64,000 nucleotides of DNA from an uncultured virus (IMG/VR IMGVR_UViG_3300042486_000977). Lineage: Duplodnaviria; Heunggongvirae; Uroviricota; Caudoviricetes. Every line of letters starts with the position of its first letter. Positions within the stretch are counted from its first letter, which is position 1. Under the pieces are notes generated by a model. It saw only the letters and a list, made by a program, of their open reading frames with translations, was not told the DNA's origin and did no database searches. This document shows positions 19,734-30,436 of this stretch, piece by piece. The stretch lies in the IMG/VR virus record IMGVR_UViG_3300042486_000977. One strand, written 5' to 3'. Position numbers and translations under genes: made by a program.

Positions 19734-22700
19734 CAGCACTGACAAATCCGAAAGTATATATATTGACTTAGATTACGAAAACATTTTTCTTGTAGACCCA
19801 AATTCTGTAAATGGTGAAAACGGTAAAGAAGATAGGTATGTGAAACACGAAAATTTAGTAATGTATGCTAACTTGGAATGTAAATTAACACCAAGGAGTA
19901 AATTAGTATATGGTGTTGCAAACAATCAAGTTGGGTCTGAAACTGTTACTATTGGTAAGATTAATTTCCTTAAACCTGGTGATAGAGAATTTTTATCTGA
20001 CAATTATTTAGGTGAACTTTTAGGGACTGACGCGGCTGTTAACACGGCTAGGTCTATTAATTACCAACAACAGGCTGGTCAATCTATTGGCGACTTAAAT
20101 AATAATATTAGAAATGATGGTAATTTAATTGATAATGGATTTTTAGGTATCTCAAATATTCAAATGAGGACTAACGCATCATTTACCCCAACAGTAACAA
20201 TTACACTTGTAGATGTTAGAGGACGTTCAATGTTTGAACAAGGTAATAATTCACCATACGCAGCGTTTTTCACATTACCATATCCCGTGTTTTATTTAAC
20301 ACTTAAAGGTTTTTATGGTAAGGCGGTTAGGTATCCATTATTATTACAAAAATTTAATTCATCATATGATTCATCTTCAGGAAACTTTATTGTTACTTTA
20401 GTATTCATTGCTTACAAATATGGCCCATTTGGAGAAATTACTTTGGGAGAGGTATTGGCAACACCACATATGTATACATCAAAATTTACAATAACAAAAC
20501 AAACCAATACCTCAAATAGTAATAACCAAAGTGTTAGTGAAGTACAAACGTCACAAAAAGGATTCCAAAAAATGGTACAACTTTATGACAGATATAGAAG
20601 TAATGGTACTTTACCTCCAAACTTTCCGAATATTACTGTTCAGGAATTACAATATAAATTAGATAAGTTTGTTCAAGATGTGTTAACTAATTCAGGTCAG
20701 GTTGATTTTCAACCACTTACAGATTGTGACACTTATTTAGAAAATGTTGAAAAGTATCAAGGGGAGGTTTATTTATACGGAGGAGGAGACTCGTGGTTTA
20801 ATCAATATATGGATGGAGCAGATTTCTTTGTTGATAAAGTTACAAAAAGAAAATATTACACTTTTAAAAGTAAATTTGATACTAAAGGTAGAACAGGAGA
20901 AATTACACAGCAAGACAAAACAAATTCAATTGAAGAACTTAATAAAATAATTTTAAAATATAATGAATTATTAAATAAAAGTAGTTTAAGTTTACCGTCA
21001 AAAATAAACATAGAAGATTTAAAAATTTCATTTACAACCGACCAAATTGATATTGAAGAAACATATATTGCTAGATATCGTAAACAACCACCTACTTCAG
21101 GATTAACTGAATTTACTGCTAGTTTATCTAAAGTTATTGGAGGTGCAGTTGCCGTTAATTCTGATGGTTCAAATATAACATCCGTACCAAATCAATTTTT
21201 TGTGTTTGAAGGTAATGAAAGTACATTTATGTACTACACTAATGAATTGAAGAAAAAATCAATTGAGAGAAGAAAGGAGTATGAAGAAAAAATTGCGGGT
21301 GAATTAGAAAAAATATTAACAAGTCCGAATGGTAATGGGATAGGGTTTTCACCTACTATTAGAAATATTATCGCAGTTTTTGTAGTAAGTGTTGAAGCGT
21401 TTTATGGTTTATTGGATGATGTTCATAGTAAAGCTTACGAACAAAGAAACAATGAATATCGTAAGGGTAAATTCACAATTAACGATGTAAATTGTAATAA
21501 TACTTCACAACCTGTGGTAACCTCTGAAGTCTTTCCTTGGCCTTTATTTACCGTTAAAGAAACTACGGCATCGGGAGATACTAAATACGAAATTGCCTAC
21601 CCTGGTGAACCTGAATATCAAAATGCGGTTCAATCTCAAAACTATGAGATATGGCCTGAAGTTGAGTTTGTTGAAGAATTTGTAAAAGGATATTCTCAAA
21701 GAGAGAGTACCCCAAACCCATATGTCTCAAATCAAAATGAAAATAAAGATGTTTATAGATTATCTTTATCAACATTTGACGCCCCTATTAATAGTTTAAT
21801 TTTTTCAGATAAAGATGAAACAAAATTTTTCTATGAAATTATTGAAAGGATTATGTTACAGACATATTACCAAGGTTTTGATAGAGAAGAAAATCAAAAA
21901 ACACAATTAATTAATTTAATTACTGAAGCGACATCAAAAAGTATTACAAGTAGTATTGGTACAAGTAATCCGTATCTTTTAGATTTATTGGTTAACTATA
22001 AACCAGATGTTGCGGGATATAACGACTATTTAAAACATATTTCAAATAATGGTACTGGTGAATCTTGGAACAAATATATTAGAGATAGATTTGTTACTAA
22101 AGAAATTTATGAAACTACACAAGTTCCGTCAAAATTGTATTTTAATTTTCCGGTAGATTTTTCACAGCCAATTCCTGATTTTAATAAACCTGAATCTTTA
22201 ACTTCATATTTTCAAGGTAGTACACATAATAAGTATTATTTTTACGATACATTACCATTTATTAGTAATGATTGGATTAGTTCAAATATTTCTGACGGTA
22301 AAAGTATTACAAACTACGATTTATTTAATAGTACTTCACAATCAATAATGTTTAACACAACATTAAAAACTGTTACTAATTACGATAAAAATACTGATTT
22401 TGATTTTAATAGACCCGTGACAAATTTTAATTATAGAAAGTCACAACAAATTAATACAAGTAACTTTAATAACGATTTTTATACTAATTTATTATCTGAT
22501 AGTAAAAATTCATTAGTTACTATTGGTGGTGTGTTTTATGAAAATTATAATGGGTTAATGTCACAAGCACAATGTACCTCAATTTTTAATACTCCGTTCT
22601 TTACCAACTCAATTCAAAATGGGGTACATAATGAAAAAAATGGGTCAAGTATTGCTTATGTTCAGTCAGCATATCTTTTCCTTAACTCATTACCTTTGGC

Positions 22701-25700
22701 GACTTTAAGAGAAAGATATAAAAAATATATGGAAGTAACGGGTACTGGAACAGGTAACCAAAATTATACTGAATTAGATTATATCGCTTCGTCATTTAGA
22801 AAATTTGGAGGATTACATAAACTACCATATGCTTGGATTTTAAAGTACGGCTCAATTTGGTACCGATATAAAACATATCTTGAAACAGGTGTAGATATTT
22901 TAGATGATTGCTGGACATCATTTGACTACCAGTCAAATTACAATCCTATAAATGGTAATACTGATACAACATATACTGTAACATCAACAACTGAAACATT
23001 TAATATTACACTTAAAAATATTGACCTAATAAGTTTACCTGGACTTGTCTACGAAACAATTTCATTAGGGTTTTATCCTAAATTAATTAATGATTTTAGT
23101 TATTTTTATAATGGTTACGATTTAATTGATTTAAATTATACTAATATTAATAATACAATGTCGTATTATTTGTCTGATGGAACATTTAAAATGTATTCTC
23201 CAAATAGTACAAGAATTACAAGTAATGAAAGTACATATGACCCAGAATTATATTTAAACATTTCAACATATTCCTGTACCCTTAAAAATACTATTAATAA
23301 CGATGGTAGTTATTATGTGTTACCATCGTTTGGTTCTAATGTGAATCAGTTATATTATGAGTTTTTCAATACGGGGACAAGTGATTTACAAAAAGATTTT
23401 GATGTTCCAGGAACATATAATGGTTCAGTTAGATTAGATTGGTCAAACCCTCATTTTGGATACTTTGACCCAACAGGTATCACTAAACCTAATTATGATG
23501 AGTATATGTCAAATATACATTCTGACTCAAAACAACAGAATGAATTCACATTTATTTATCAAAATGGTTATTCTAAAATTGAAGACATATTTGGTGTTTT
23601 TACTAAAGAAGAATTAGATATTTTTGAACAAGAATTTTTAAAATTTTCACAACCGCAAAAAGGATATTCAAGCGCAAATTCAGAGGCCACAACAATTTCA
23701 GAATATAAAAATTTCCAAATGATTATGAAGTTGTTACTTAAAGTTCCTAATTTAAGTGGTAGTAGTTCACAACAAGTTATATCCCAAATTCAAAACAATC
23801 AGTTTAGTAATAAACTTCAAACTTTGACACAATTTTTAAATGTAGATGTTGTTTTAAAAAGGGCTAATCCATACGATTATAATAGAGCAATTTACGATTC
23901 TTTTTTTAGTGATTCGACAACACAGTTAGTAGTCGACCCAATTGATTTTGGTTCTTATAGAATTTTAACTCCTAATGCGTTACCAACACCCAGTAACATT
24001 ACTACGTTATTGGGGTCTCAAACAACTTATCCTAATGAATGGACTGCTTTGAGAGAATACGTGGGGTTCTCAACAATTGGAGGTAATGTGTATTCTAATA
24101 CAGGTTCAAGTATTACAAATTTCTTTGACATATTTGACATTCCTTTTACTGAAAATAATATTAAATTATTGGCTCCAATTATTAAATTGTACTCAAGTTA
24201 CGTTTTTAAAAATCCAACTAATACATCTTCAGATTTTATAGTTGATAATAGATTGTATTTGGTGAATAAAAGTTTATTTAAAAACAATGTGTTAAATAAT
24301 ACATTGAATACGTTACAGAAAACTCTACCAGCAATTAAAATTGAAAGTATTAAAACAATATCATCATCGTTAGTTGGGGGTAAAGAAAAAGTTGAATACT
24401 ATGATATGTTTAAAGCGTTAAATGATAAATGGGTTGCGGCTAACAACTTTGACCAAGATTCGTTTATGGAGTCCTTTTTATTTTTAGATAAGGCTAGCCG
24501 AGATGTTGGAGATAAAATATTGGTCGATATTTTTAAAGTTAATAATAAAATTAAAAAGGTAGACCCTGCAACGTCAATATATACGATTATCGCTGAAATA
24601 CTTAAGGACCATCACTTTGTAACATTTACAATGCCGGGGTATATTAACTTTTATAATCAAAAGAATGGTTCGGGTGGGCCTCAGGAAAGTGCTAACTTAA
24701 TGTTTGGTACATTTACTGAAGTTGATTATACTGATACCAATACTAAATTTGTAAACATATTATCATCAGACCCTTCAAGTAATACTTTAATTGATACTAA
24801 ACAAAATGGATTTTGTGATGACTCATTTAGAATTGACAAGGCTCAAGATAATCCATTAAAGGTTGTTGACGGCTCAACCGGAAATGAAAAATCAAATAAA
24901 GTTGTTGGATTTGCAGTTGATTTTGGTCTACAAAAACAAAGTATGTTTTACAATTTAAACTTGGCTCAAGATATTGGTAAAGCGACATCTGAGTCATTAT
25001 TAATGCAATATGAATTATCACAATTAACAAATGGAAAAAGGTCACAAACTCAAAATGTCAGTTTATTTAACTTATATAAAAATAGAAGCTACTCTTGTAC
25101 GGTTCAGTCTATGGGTAATGCGACTATTCAACCCGTAATGTATTTTACATTAAGAAATGTCCCGATGTTTAGTGGACCTTACTTAATACTTGAGGTTAAT
25201 CATAGTATTGCTCCTGGGTCATTTGAAACTACGTTTTCAGGTGTTAGACAAAAAATTTACACATTACCTGACCAACAAGGATTATTAACGAGTTTAAAAT
25301 TAGAAATTTCTAAAAATTATTACGAACAAGTTAAAAAAGAAAAAAATAGACAAGCAACTTCAGCGACAACGGTTACTGCCGCAAATCAACAGACAACTAA
25401 CTCTGTAACACAAAATCCTGTGGATACAAAAAATGAAAGTTGTGATACTAATTCTGCGTATAGTTCTTATGTTAAAATTACTGGTGATAGTAAAACGTTA
25501 AGTTATAATGAAGTTATTGAACAAATTGGACTTGTTGCGGATACCCTACAGAAAAAAGCCGCTTTATTTACGATTATATATCTTTCAAATAATTCAAACG
25601 GTAATATTAAATTTTTCAATAATAACTTAACAAATGTAAATTTAACAAGAAAATGGTCAGGTAATTTACCTACTAAATTTGATAAACAATATACTTGTTT

Positions 25701-26022
25701 AACTTTTGGTGATAAGTTATTTTCAATTGTTAAATTCCCAAACATAAGTTACAACTTACAGTTTATGGATTTATATTTAAAAAACTATTATTCAGAATTG
25801 GCATTTTCTACGAACTCTACAATAATTGAAGATTTAACTAGATTATATATAAAATATTGGTCATTACAATCCCAACAAACTGACGCTTATTATGACAATT
25901 ATATTGAAACAAACGCTTTAAGTTATGGAAGTATTAGAGAAAAAGTTTTACAATCCTATCTAATATTAAATCCTGTTAATTTATCTGACCCGAATAATAT
26001 AAATGTACTTACTGAGGCATAA
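19723..26022 (+). CDS. very large baseplate hub protein (gp27/GPD-like termini), 2099 aa
   Basis: N-terminal GI.NI...V.ITLVDVRG and late YSCTV..MGNA.IQP...GPYLI.EVNHSI..G.FETTF.GVR motifs; follows the gp53-like gene. Confidence 0.55.
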   Translation: MAVNSTDKSESIYIDLDYENIFLVDPNSVNGENGKEDRYVKHENLVMYANLECKLTPRSKLVYGVANNQVGSETVTIGKINFLKPGDREFLSDNYLGELLGTDAAVNTARSINYQQQAGQSIGDLNNNIRNDGNLIDNGFLGISNIQMRTNASFTPTVTITLVDVRGRSMFEQGNNSPYAAFFTLPYPVFYLTLKGFYGKAVRYPLLLQKFNSSYDSSSGNFIVTLVFIAYKYGPFGEITLGEVLATPHMYTSKFTITKQTNTSNSNNQSVSEVQTSQKGFQKMVQLYDRYRSNGTLPPNFPNITVQELQYKLDKFVQDVLTNSGQVDFQPLTDCDTYLENVEKYQGEVYLYGGGDSWFNQYMDGADFFVDKVTKRKYYTFKSKFDTKGRTGEITQQDKTNSIEELNKIILKYNELLNKSSLSLPSKINIEDLKISFTTDQIDIEETYIARYRKQPPTSGLTEFTASLSKVIGGAVAVNSDGSNITSVPNQFFVFEGNESTFMYYTNELKKKSIERRKEYEEKIAGELEKILTSPNGNGIGFSPTIRNIIAVFVVSVEAFYGLLDDVHSKAYEQRNNEYRKGKFTINDVNCNNTSQPVVTSEVFPWPLFTVKETTASGDTKYEIAYPGEPEYQNAVQSQNYEIWPEVEFVEEFVKGYSQRESTPNPYVSNQNENKDVYRLSLSTFDAPINSLIFSDKDETKFFYEIIERIMLQTYYQGFDREENQKTQLINLITEATSKSITSSIGTSNPYLLDLLVNYKPDVAGYNDYLKHISNNGTGESWNKYIRDRFVTKEIYETTQVPSKLYFNFPVDFSQPIPDFNKPESLTSYFQGSTHNKYYFYDTLPFISNDWISSNISDGKSITNYDLFNSTSQSIMFNTTLKTVTNYDKNTDFDFNRPVTNFNYRKSQQINTSNFNNDFYTNLLSDSKNSLVTIGGVFYENYNGLMSQAQCTSIFNTPFFTNSIQNGVHNEKNGSSIAYVQSAYLFLNSLPLATLRERYKKYMEVTGTGTGNQNYTELDYIASSFRKFGGLHKLPYAWILKYGSIWYRYKTYLETGVDILDDCWTSFDYQSNYNPINGNTDTTYTVTSTTETFNITLKNIDLISLPGLVYETISLGFYPKLINDFSYFYNGYDLIDLNYTNINNTMSYYLSDGTFKMYSPNSTRITSNESTYDPELYLNISTYSCTLKNTINNDGSYYVLPSFGSNVNQLYYEFFNTGTSDLQKDFDVPGTYNGSVRLDWSNPHFGYFDPTGITKPNYDEYMSNIHSDSKQQNEFTFIYQNGYSKIEDIFGVFTKEELDIFEQEFLKFSQPQKGYSSANSEATTISEYKNFQMIMKLLLKVPNLSGSSSQQVISQIQNNQFSNKLQTLTQFLNVDVVLKRANPYDYNRAIYDSFFSDSTTQLVVDPIDFGSYRILTPNALPTPSNITTLLGSQTTYPNEWTALREYVGFSTIGGNVYSNTGSSITNFFDIFDIPFTENNIKLLAPIIKLYSSYVFKNPTNTSSDFIVDNRLYLVNKSLFKNNVLNNTLNTLQKTLPAIKIESIKTISSSLVGGKEKVEYYDMFKALNDKWVAANNFDQDSFMESFLFLDKASRDVGDKILVDIFKVNNKIKKVDPATSIYTIIAEILKDHHFVTFTMPGYINFYNQKNGSGGPQESANLMFGTFTEVDYTDTNTKFVNILSSDPSSNTLIDTKQNGFCDDSFRIDKAQDNPLKVVDGSTGNEKSNKVVGFAVDFGLQKQSMFYNLNLAQDIGKATSESLLMQYELSQLTNGKRSQTQNVSLFNLYKNRSYSCTVQSMGNATIQPVMYFTLRNVPMFSGPYLILEVNHSIAPGSFETTFSGVRQKIYTLPDQQGLLTSLKLEISKNYYEQVKKEKNRQATSATTVTAANQQTTNSVTQNPVDTKNESCDTNSAYSSYVKITGDSKTLSYNEVIEQIGLVADTLQKKAALFTIIYLSNNSNGNIKFFNNNLTNVNLTRKWSGNLPTKFDKQYTCLTFGDKLFSIVKFPNISYNLQFMDLYLKNYYSELAFSTNSTIIEDLTRLYIKYWSLQSQQTDAYYDNYIETNALSYGSIREKVLQSYLILNPVNLSDPNNINVLTEA

Positions 26023-26056
26023 TTCAAAATAATGATATATTTATAAATAAAAAGTT

Positions 26057-26281
26057 ATGAATACTAAAGATGCTTTAGATAGATACCTTGGTAAAAATAC
26101 AAGGATAGCTGAAACCGACAAAGGTAACGGTTTTAAAGAAGTTTGTGATTTAGATACTGGGGATTGTTACACTGTAAGAATGAAAGATGGTTTGATTGAG
26201 AGAGTTGGTAACACTATGACAGTTAACAAAAAAATTAATGTAGAGACAACACAAGGGTATAAACAATTATTGAACGGTTAA
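26057..26281 (+). CDS. hypothetical protein (C-x5-C)
   Basis: 74-aa ORF with TATTTATAAATA upstream, 3 nt before the next gene. Confidence 0.7.
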   Translation: MNTKDALDRYLGKNTRIAETDKGNGFKEVCDLDTGDCYTVRMKDGLIERVGNTMTVNKKINVETTQGYKQLLNG

Positions 26282-26284
26282 AAA

Positions 26285-26956
26285 ATGGACGTATCTAAAA
26301 CAATTATTGAGGAGTTAACAAGGTATAACAAAATCAACAAATATATTATGGAGCAAGATGCTCCTGATTTACCACCAGCACCTGGTGAAGAATTACCACC
26401 ACCTCCGGCACCTGATGCGGGAGTTGCGGGTGCGACACCTCCACCACCACCTGCAGCAGATGCAGAACCAACACCTGTCGATGTTGAAAATGACCCTGAT
26501 GTTGAAAAAATAGACGACAAAGGAGAAAGTACTGAAGGTGAGGGTGATACTGAAGAGTTGGATATTACTGATTTAGTGACATCCCAAAAAAATATGGAAG
26601 AAAAACAATCTGAATATTTTGAAAATCTATTCAAACAACTTTCAAGTCTTGAAGGTAAATTATCTGAAATGGATAATATTATGGATAAGATTAATAGTAT
26701 TGAACAAAAGATTGAAAAATATAGAGAAAAGACTCCACAAGAAAAATTAGAATTAAGAAGTCTTGACTCTGGTCCATTTAATCAAAAACTAACTGATTTT
26801 TTTGATGATAAAATGGAAGATATTGAAAAATCAGGAAAGAATGAATATGTTATCACTTCTGATGATGTTGAATCGTATTCACCTTCTGAAATCAAAAATA
26901 GTTTTAATGATTATTTGTCTTCTGATGATGATACACAATCATACGGTTACAGATAA
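26285..26956 (+). CDS. acidic, proline-rich coiled-coil protein (possible head core/scaffold-like)
   Basis: Poly-Pro stretch, D/E-rich linker and heptad region; N-terminal IIEE...IMEQ. Confidence 0.6.
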   Translation: MDVSKTIIEELTRYNKINKYIMEQDAPDLPPAPGEELPPPPAPDAGVAGATPPPPPAADAEPTPVDVENDPDVEKIDDKGESTEGEGDTEELDITDLVTSQKNMEEKQSEYFENLFKQLSSLEGKLSEMDNIMDKINSIEQKIEKYREKTPQEKLELRSLDSGPFNQKLTDFFDDKMEDIEKSGKNEYVITSDDVESYSPSEIKNSFNDYLSSDDDTQSYGYR

Positions 26957-26962
26957 AAATTA

Positions 26963-26994
26963 TTTGACTATTACGGCTGACACAACTATACTTG
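26963..26994 (+). promoter_or_regulatory. strong host-type promoter heading the replication block
   Basis: TTGACT-N17-TATACT; also reads TTTG-N20-TATACTTG, close to the Bacteroidota -33/-7 consensus TTTG/TAnnTTTG. Confidence 0.7.
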
Positions 26995-27021
26995 AATTAT
27001 TAACTTAAATTTCTATAAACA

Positions 27022-27864
27022 ATGGCGACAAATTCATTAGATGCTGTTCTCGCTCAGTACGAAAAAGCGAAATCAGGTGGAAGTAACACCTCAAAGATGT
27101 CTCAAGAGGACAGAATGAAAAAATACTTTGCAGCTATCCTGCCAAATAACGAAAATTCAGGACAGAAACGTCTTCGTATTTTACCAACACCTGATGGGTC
27201 ATCACCCTTCAAAGAGGTTTGGTATCACGAAGTACAAGTTGAGGGTAAATGGAATAAAATCTATGACCCAGGAAAGAACGACAACGAGCGTTCACCTTTG
27301 ACCGAAATTCACGACGAATTAATGTCAACAGGTAAAGAATCAGATAAAGAACTTGCAAAGGCATATAAGCCACGTAAATTCTATATCGTTAAAGTAGTTG
27401 ACCGTGATAACGAAGCAGATGGAGTTAAATTCTGGCGTTTCAAACACAACTACAAGAACGAAGGTATTCTTGACAAAATCATTCCAATTTGGAAAGCTAA
27501 AGGTGATATCACTGACCCTGTTAATGGACGTGACTTAATCATTGAGTTGGCTAAGGCAAAAACTCCTAAAGGTGCTACTTACACAGTTATTCAGACTGTA
27601 ATGCATGATGACCCATCACCTGTTCATACAGATGCTGAAACGGCTAAAGCTTGGACTGAAGACCCACTTACTTGGGCTGATGTTTACTCTAAAAAACCTG
27701 TTGAGTATTTGGAAGCAATTGCTCGTGGTGAAACTCCGAGATGGTCATCTGATTTAGGTAAATACGTTTATGGTGATTCTTCATCTGAAGAAGGTACTAT
27801 CGGTGGAACATCGTATGTTGACCCACAAGCAGGTGACGAACCTGATGGTGATTTACCATTCTAA
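27022..27864 (+). CDS. single-stranded DNA-binding protein, T4 gp32-like
   Basis: RLRILP...PF.EVWYH, DITDP.NG.DL and acidic C-terminus DEPDGDLPF. Confidence 0.85.
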   Translation: MATNSLDAVLAQYEKAKSGGSNTSKMSQEDRMKKYFAAILPNNENSGQKRLRILPTPDGSSPFKEVWYHEVQVEGKWNKIYDPGKNDNERSPLTEIHDELMSTGKESDKELAKAYKPRKFYIVKVVDRDNEADGVKFWRFKHNYKNEGILDKIIPIWKAKGDITDPVNGRDLIIELAKAKTPKGATYTVIQTVMHDDPSPVHTDAETAKAWTEDPLTWADVYSKKPVEYLEAIARGETPRWSSDLGKYVYGDSSSEEGTIGGTSYVDPQAGDEPDGDLPF

Positions 27865-27870
27865 TTTATA

Positions 27871-27909
27871 AAAGGTTGGACACTAACATACACAAAGTGT
27901 CCAACCTTT
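27871..27909 (+). terminator. 14-bp perfect inverted repeat (terminator/processing hairpin) between SSB and UvsX
   Basis: AAAGGTTGGACACT-N11-AGTGTCCAACCTTT. Confidence 0.65.
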
Positions 27910-27948
27910 GCTATTTTTAATACAAACAATTTAAACATATAGACATTT

Positions 27949-28941
27949 ATGGCAATAAAGAAAAAAGAATTTTCGTTAGATGCAATCAAAGACAAATATT
28001 CAACAAAAACAAAATATAAAGAAACCGAGTTTTATGAAGTCGGTGAAGCTTTCCATAATAGTTGCGGTTTACCTGGTCCTGCTTTGGGCAACATCAATAT
28101 GTTCTTGGGGCACTCAAATTCTTCCAAAACGACGGCTCTTGTCAAAGCCGCTGTGTCTGTACAGAAGAAGGGGCATTTGCCTGTTTTTATTATCACCGAG
28201 AAAAAATGGAGTTGGGACCACGCAGTAGAACTTGGTCTTGAAGCTAAAATGGTTGACGGAGAATGGGATGGTCAATTTATCTTCAATGATAACTTTGACT
28301 ATATTGAACAAGTTACCGATTACATTAACGAACTATTAGACGAACAAGAAAAAGGTAACATTCCTTATTCACTTTGTTTCCTTTGGGATTCAGTTGGTTC
28401 AGTTCCTTGTAAGATGACCTTTGACGGTAAAGGTGGTAAACAACATAACGCATCTGTATTGGCGGATAAAATTGGTATGGGTATTCAAGCTCGTATTACT
28501 AAATCTCGTAAAGAAGATTGCCCATATACGAACACAATGGTGGTAGTTAACCAACCTTGGGTTGAATTACCTGACAATCCATTTGGACAACCAACAATTA
28601 AAGCAAAAGGTGGTGAGGCACTTTGGTTAGCATCGGCTCTTGTATTCTTGTTTGGTAATCAGAAAAATGCGGGTATTAACCACATTACGGCAACTAAAAA
28701 TGGTAGAACGGTATCTTACGCTATCCGAACCAAAATATCTGTCCTAAAGAACCATATCAACGGATTAGGGTATAAAGATGGTAAGATTATCGCAACCGCT
28801 CAAGGGTATATTGCTGACGATAAAGACGCTCTTGAAACATACAAGAAAGAGTATTCACAATATTGGAACGCAATCCTTACAGGGACAGGTGAAATAACTC
28901 TTGACGAGACTGAAGAAACTTTTACAAACGAACAATTTTAA
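27949..28941 (+). CDS. uvsX: RecA/UvsX-like recombinase
   Basis: Walker A GHSNSSKT, Walker B FLWDSVG, VVVNQ, KGGEAL and KNH. Confidence 0.8.
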   Translation: MAIKKKEFSLDAIKDKYSTKTKYKETEFYEVGEAFHNSCGLPGPALGNINMFLGHSNSSKTTALVKAAVSVQKKGHLPVFIITEKKWSWDHAVELGLEAKMVDGEWDGQFIFNDNFDYIEQVTDYINELLDEQEKGNIPYSLCFLWDSVGSVPCKMTFDGKGGKQHNASVLADKIGMGIQARITKSRKEDCPYTNTMVVVNQPWVELPDNPFGQPTIKAKGGEALWLASALVFLFGNQKNAGINHITATKNGRTVSYAIRTKISVLKNHINGLGYKDGKIIATAQGYIADDKDALETYKKEYSQYWNAILTGTGEITLDETEETFTNEQF

Positions 28942-28950
28942 TTTTAGTTC

Positions 28951-29955
28951 GTGAAAAAAACATTACTTGTTGACGGAAATAATCTGATGAAGATTGGTTT
29001 TCACGGTGTGAAGGATTACTTTCATAATGGTGAACACATTGGGGCATTGTTTCATTTTATGAATACTCTCCGTAAATTCATTGATGAACAAAACTTTGAC
29101 AAGGTAGTGGTATTTTGGGATGGTGAAGATTCCACGAGTTTACGTGGAATTCTTTACCCCAAGTACAAACAAAATCGTAAGTTAACAATGGAGGACGCAA
29201 TCTTTATGTCCTATCTGAATCAAAAAAATCGAATCAAACAGTATCTTGAGGAGGTTTACATTAGACAACTTGAGATAAGTGGTAGAGAAGCGGATGATTT
29301 AATTGCTCACTATTGTCACATATCTGAAAATGAAAACAAATTAATTTTTTCGTCAGATAGGGATTTAACCCAACTTATTTCTGAAAAGGTGTCTGTGTAT
29401 TCACCATCCCTTAAATCTACGTTTAAACACGGGGATAAGATTAAATTTGACAATTATGAATTCCCTCACTATAACGTTAAAACTTTAAAAATATTAACTG
29501 GTGATAAATCAGATAATATTGAAGGTATCTATCTTTTGGGTGAAAAAACATTAGTTAAATTTTTTCCTGAAATACTTGAAACAGAAGTTTCTTATAACGA
29601 TATTTTAACAAGAGCGGAAGATTTGTTAAAGGAACAAAAAGACAATCAAACTTTAAAAAATCTTTTAACTGGTAAAACTAAATCAGGTATTTTTGAAAAA
29701 GAATTTTTCCAAGTTAACGAACAGATTGTTGACTTATCTAATCCGTTATTAAGAGATGAGGATAAAGACGAAATACGATTAGTAGTTACTGAAACATTAG
29801 ATATTGAAGGTAGAAGTTATAAAAATTTAATTAAATATATGGTTGAAGATGGGTTGTTTAAGTACCTACCGAAAGGTGATGACGCTTGGACATATTTTAT
29901 CCGACCATTTATGAAACTAACAAGAAAAGAAAAAACAAACAAAAACAAAAAGTAA
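28951..29955 (+). CDS. 5'-3' exonuclease / flap endonuclease (T4 RNase H, PolA N-terminal-like)
   Basis: LLVDGNNL, YKQNR, EADDLIA, SSDRDLTQL and GDKSDNIEGI; GTG start. Confidence 0.92.
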   Translation: MKKTLLVDGNNLMKIGFHGVKDYFHNGEHIGALFHFMNTLRKFIDEQNFDKVVVFWDGEDSTSLRGILYPKYKQNRKLTMEDAIFMSYLNQKNRIKQYLEEVYIRQLEISGREADDLIAHYCHISENENKLIFSSDRDLTQLISEKVSVYSPSLKSTFKHGDKIKFDNYEFPHYNVKTLKILTGDKSDNIEGIYLLGEKTLVKFFPEILETEVSYNDILTRAEDLLKEQKDNQTLKNLLTGKTKSGIFEKEFFQVNEQIVDLSNPLLRDEDKDEIRLVVTETLDIEGRSYKNLIKYMVEDGLFKYLPKGDDAWTYFIRPFMKLTRKEKTNKNKK

Positions 29956-29958
29956 ATT

Positions 29959-30411
29959 ATGAAAGAACAAGACATTACCAAATTGGAATTCTTGATGACG
30001 GTAAACAACAATTTTATCGTACAACGTTTTTTTAACGTTAAAGGGTATAACAACAACGCTCATCGTTCTGCTGAGATGATTGACCTACTTGACAGATTTG
30101 TTGAAGATTTGAAGTACGACTTCAAAATGAAGACAGTCAGTTATATGTTGGACAACCAATATCAGATTACGGAGGACCCTGAAATCCTTAACACATCATT
30201 CACTGATGGACCTGAAGTCTTTAACATTTATTTAAAAAATGGAGACAATGTTATGGTTCATTACACATTTGATGCTAAACTTTATCCACCAAAAGTTAGA
30301 TACACTGTAGATGTACGTCCGTATCTAAAAGGAATCTTGTATAATCTTACAGATGTCCTTTCAACTAAAAATTTAACACACGAATATCTAGGTTACGAGT
30401 TAGTTCGTTGA
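29959..30411 (+). CDS. hypothetical protein
   Basis: 150-aa ORF tightly packed in the replication operon. Confidence 0.75.
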   Translation: MKEQDITKLEFLMTVNNNFIVQRFFNVKGYNNNAHRSAEMIDLLDRFVEDLKYDFKMKTVSYMLDNQYQITEDPEILNTSFTDGPEVFNIYLKNGDNVMVHYTFDAKLYPPKVRYTVDVRPYLKGILYNLTDVLSTKNLTHEYLGYELVR

Positions 30412-30436
30412 TATTTATCCAAAAAACAAATATACA

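Noticed and set aside
28108..28134. Inactive recombinase because Walker A reads GHSNSSKT
   Set aside because: Phage UvsX proteins tolerate non-Gly before the Lys (T4 has GPSKSFKS); Lys/Thr and Walker B are intact.
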